Positions 62,053 to 64,000 of a DNA stretch of 64,000 nt are shown here, in pieces. Position 1 is the first letter of the stretch, and every line of letters starts with the position of its first letter. Both the position numbers and the translations under genes were made by a program. Under the pieces are notes generated by a model, which saw nothing but the letters and a program-made list of their open reading frames with translations, did no database searches and had not been told where the DNA came from. This stretch comes from an uncultured Methanoregulaceae archaeon. GTDB lineage: Archaea; Halobacteriota; Methanomicrobia; Methanomicrobiales; Methanospirillaceae. The stretch is taken from NCBI GenBank assembly GCA_963841015.1, contig CAWJAX010000002.1:352001-416000 (forward strand), read 5' to 3'.

Positions 62053-64000
62053 ATGAAAAATATTGTCATCAAAGGTGCACGCCAGCATAACCTGAAAAAT
62101 ATCAGTGTTGAGATCCCCCGCGACAAGCTCGTGGTGATCACCGGAGTATCAGGTTCCGGCAAATCAACCCTTGCATTCGATACTCTCTACGCAGAGGGCC
62201 AGCGAAGATATGTCGAATCGCTCTCCACGTATGCCCGCCAGTTCCTCGGCCTCATGCACAAGCCGGACGTAGACAGCATCGAAGGATTGTCCCCGGCAAT
62301 CTCCATAGAGCAGAAGACGACCTCAAAAAATCCCCGCAGCACGGTTGGTACTACCACCGAGATCTACGATTATCTCCGTCTCCTGTTCGCTCGTATCGGT
62401 ACACCCTATTGTCCGGACCATAACATCCCCATCGCTTCCCAGACTCCCGACCGGATCACCGACCAGATTGCTGCTGAACACCCCGGCATGGTCACGATCC
62501 TCTCTCCCGTTGTCCGCCAGAAGAAGGGGACTTACCAGCAGCTCCTCCGTGACCTGAACAAAGAGGGCTACTCACGCGTCCGGGTGAATAAAAACGTCAT
62601 CCGGACTGATGAAGAGATCAACCTCGACCGGTACAGGAAACAGGATATCGAGATCGTGATTGATCGTCTGGTAACTACGGACCGGTCACGACTTACCGAA
62701 GCTGTGGAGAACGCACTGAAGAAATCCGAGGGGCTAATCCTCGTTGTTGACGAAGCAGAGAAGGAATCCACCTACTCATCTCTCATGGCCTGCCCTGTCT
62801 GCGGGATTGCCTTTGAGGAACTCCAGCCGCGGATGTTTTCGTTCAACAGCCCGTTTGGCGCGTGCGAGGAATGCCACGGGCTGGGCGTGAAGATGGAGTT
62901 TGACCCGGACCTGATCATTCCGGATAAGAACCGGTGCATCGCAGATGGAGCCGTGGCTCCTTACCGCAACCCTATGGACGGCTTTCGCGGGCAGTATCTT
63001 GCAACCGTTGCAAAACACTTCGGTTTCGATGTGCTTACTCCCATAAAAGACCTCACAGAAGAGCAGTACAACGCCCTGATGTACGGATCTTCTGAACGGA
63101 TGAAGTTCTCCATGAGCATGAAGAACGGGGACGCCCACTGGTCGCATACCGGTGAGTGGGAAGGACTTCTCCCCCAGACGGTACGGCTGTATTCCCAGAC
63201 CCAGTCAGATTACCGCAAGCGTGAACTTGAAGGGTATATGAGGGTGTTTGACTGTCCGTCATGCAAAGGCAGGCGGCTCAAGGACAAGATCCTTTCAGTC
63301 AGGATCAGCGGGAAATCCATCATTGATGTAACAGATCTTTCCGTCAGTGACAGTGTGGCGTTTTTTGCCGGTCTCAATCTTAGCGAAAGGGAAGTGGAGA
63401 TCGCAAAACAGATCATCAAAGAGATCCGCTCCCGTCTCGAATTCCTGGAAAAAGTGGGTCTTGGTTACCTTACTCTCTCACGCAATGCCGGCACCCTCTC
63501 GGGAGGGGAAGCACAAAGGATCCGGCTTGCCACCCAGATCGGGTCGAACCTTATGGGGGTGCTCTACGTTCTTGATGAACCTTCCATCGGGCTGCACCAG
63601 CGGGATAACCGCAAACTGATCGGGACGTTGAGAACCCTCCGGGATCTTGGCAACACCCTCATCGTAGTGGAACATGACGAGGATATGATCCGGTCGGCCG
63701 ATCATGTTATCGATATGGGGCCTGGTGCCGGGCTTCATGGTGGAGCAATAGTGGCGGAAGGGACTCCTGCCCAGATCGAGAAGAACAACAACTCTCTCAC
63801 CGGGCAGTACCTTATCGGTGCAAAACAGATCGGGATACCTGAAAAACGCCGCGAGGCCACAAAATTCATCACGGTGAAAGGCTGCCGGGAGCATAATCTC
63901 AAAAATATTGATGCAAAGTTTCCCATTGGGCTGCTCACCGTAATTACCGGGGTCTCGGGAAGCGGGAAGTCCACGCTCGTCTATGAAACACTCTACAAGG
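62053..64000 (+). CDS. uvrA: Excinuclease ABC subunit A (3' truncated by window edge)
   Basis: [58 protein letters not shown] and a second GVSGSGKS. Confidence 0.97.
   Translation, partial: MKNIVIKGARQHNLKNISVEIPRDKLVVITGVSGSGKSTLAFDTLYAEGQRRYVESLSTYARQFLGLMHKPDVDSIEGLSPAISIEQKTTSKNPRSTVGTTTEIYDYLRLLFARIGTPYCPDHNIPIASQTPDRITDQIAAEHPGMVTILSPVVRQKKGTYQQLLRDLNKEGYSRVRVNKNVIRTDEEINLDRYRKQDIEIVIDRLVTTDRSRLTEAVENALKKSEGLILVVDEAEKESTYSSLMACPVCGIAFEELQPRMFSFNSPFGACEECHGLGVKMEFDPDLIIPDKNRCIADGAVAPYRNPMDGFRGQYLATVAKHFGFDVLTPIKDLTEEQYNALMYGSSERMKFSMSMKNGDAHWSHTGEWEGLLPQTVRLYSQTQSDYRKRELEGYMRVFDCPSCKGRRLKDKILSVRISGKSIIDVTDLSVSDSVAFFAGLNLSEREVEIAKQIIKEIRSRLEFLEKVGLGYLTLSRNAGTLSGGEAQRIRLATQIGSNLMGVLYVLDEPSIGLHQRDNRKLIGTLRTLRDLGNTLIVVEHDEDMIRSADHVIDMGPGAGLHGGAIVAEGTPAQIEKNNNSLTGQYLIGAKQIGIPEKRREATKFITVKGCREHNLKNIDAKFPIGLLTVITGVSGSGKSTLVYETLYK

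Overview
This is a 64-kb chromosomal window from a methanogenic archaeon. Gene content points to Methanomicrobiales (Methanoregula-like): methanogenesis markers 2 and 4/MtxX, an archaeal histone, GatDE, uL16, a solo Cas1 and a PGF-CTERM protein. Most of it is housekeeping: paaK x2, glmM, mobB, dph6, gatDE, argH, an ABC transporter, a fum-kor-suc cluster, SAM synthetase, hisGAB, rfcL and uvrA. About a dozen single-base frameshifts, several in near-essential genes, look like sequencing errors. The standout is a gene-poor, AT-rich locus at about 13.9-20.3 kb around an intact XerA-type tyrosine recombinase. It has (i) a tandem array of 11 dif-like 11-6-11 sites spaced exactly 95 bp apart, with two site types alternating (5 x 190 bp plus one site); (ii) a 32-bp inverted repeat pair bracketing the 2.35-kb xerA segment, with a third partial, palindromic copy upstream of a DUF5806 gene; (iii) another 11-6-11 palindrome at the xerA promoter; and (iv) putative DNA-binding genes on both flanks, then tRNA-Gln. 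Also present are a complete IS5-family element with an 8-bp target duplication, two related MITE-like repeats with IS-like ends, and a catalytically degenerate stand-alone Cas1 with no CRISPR array. Family assignments are by motif recognition only; no searches were run.
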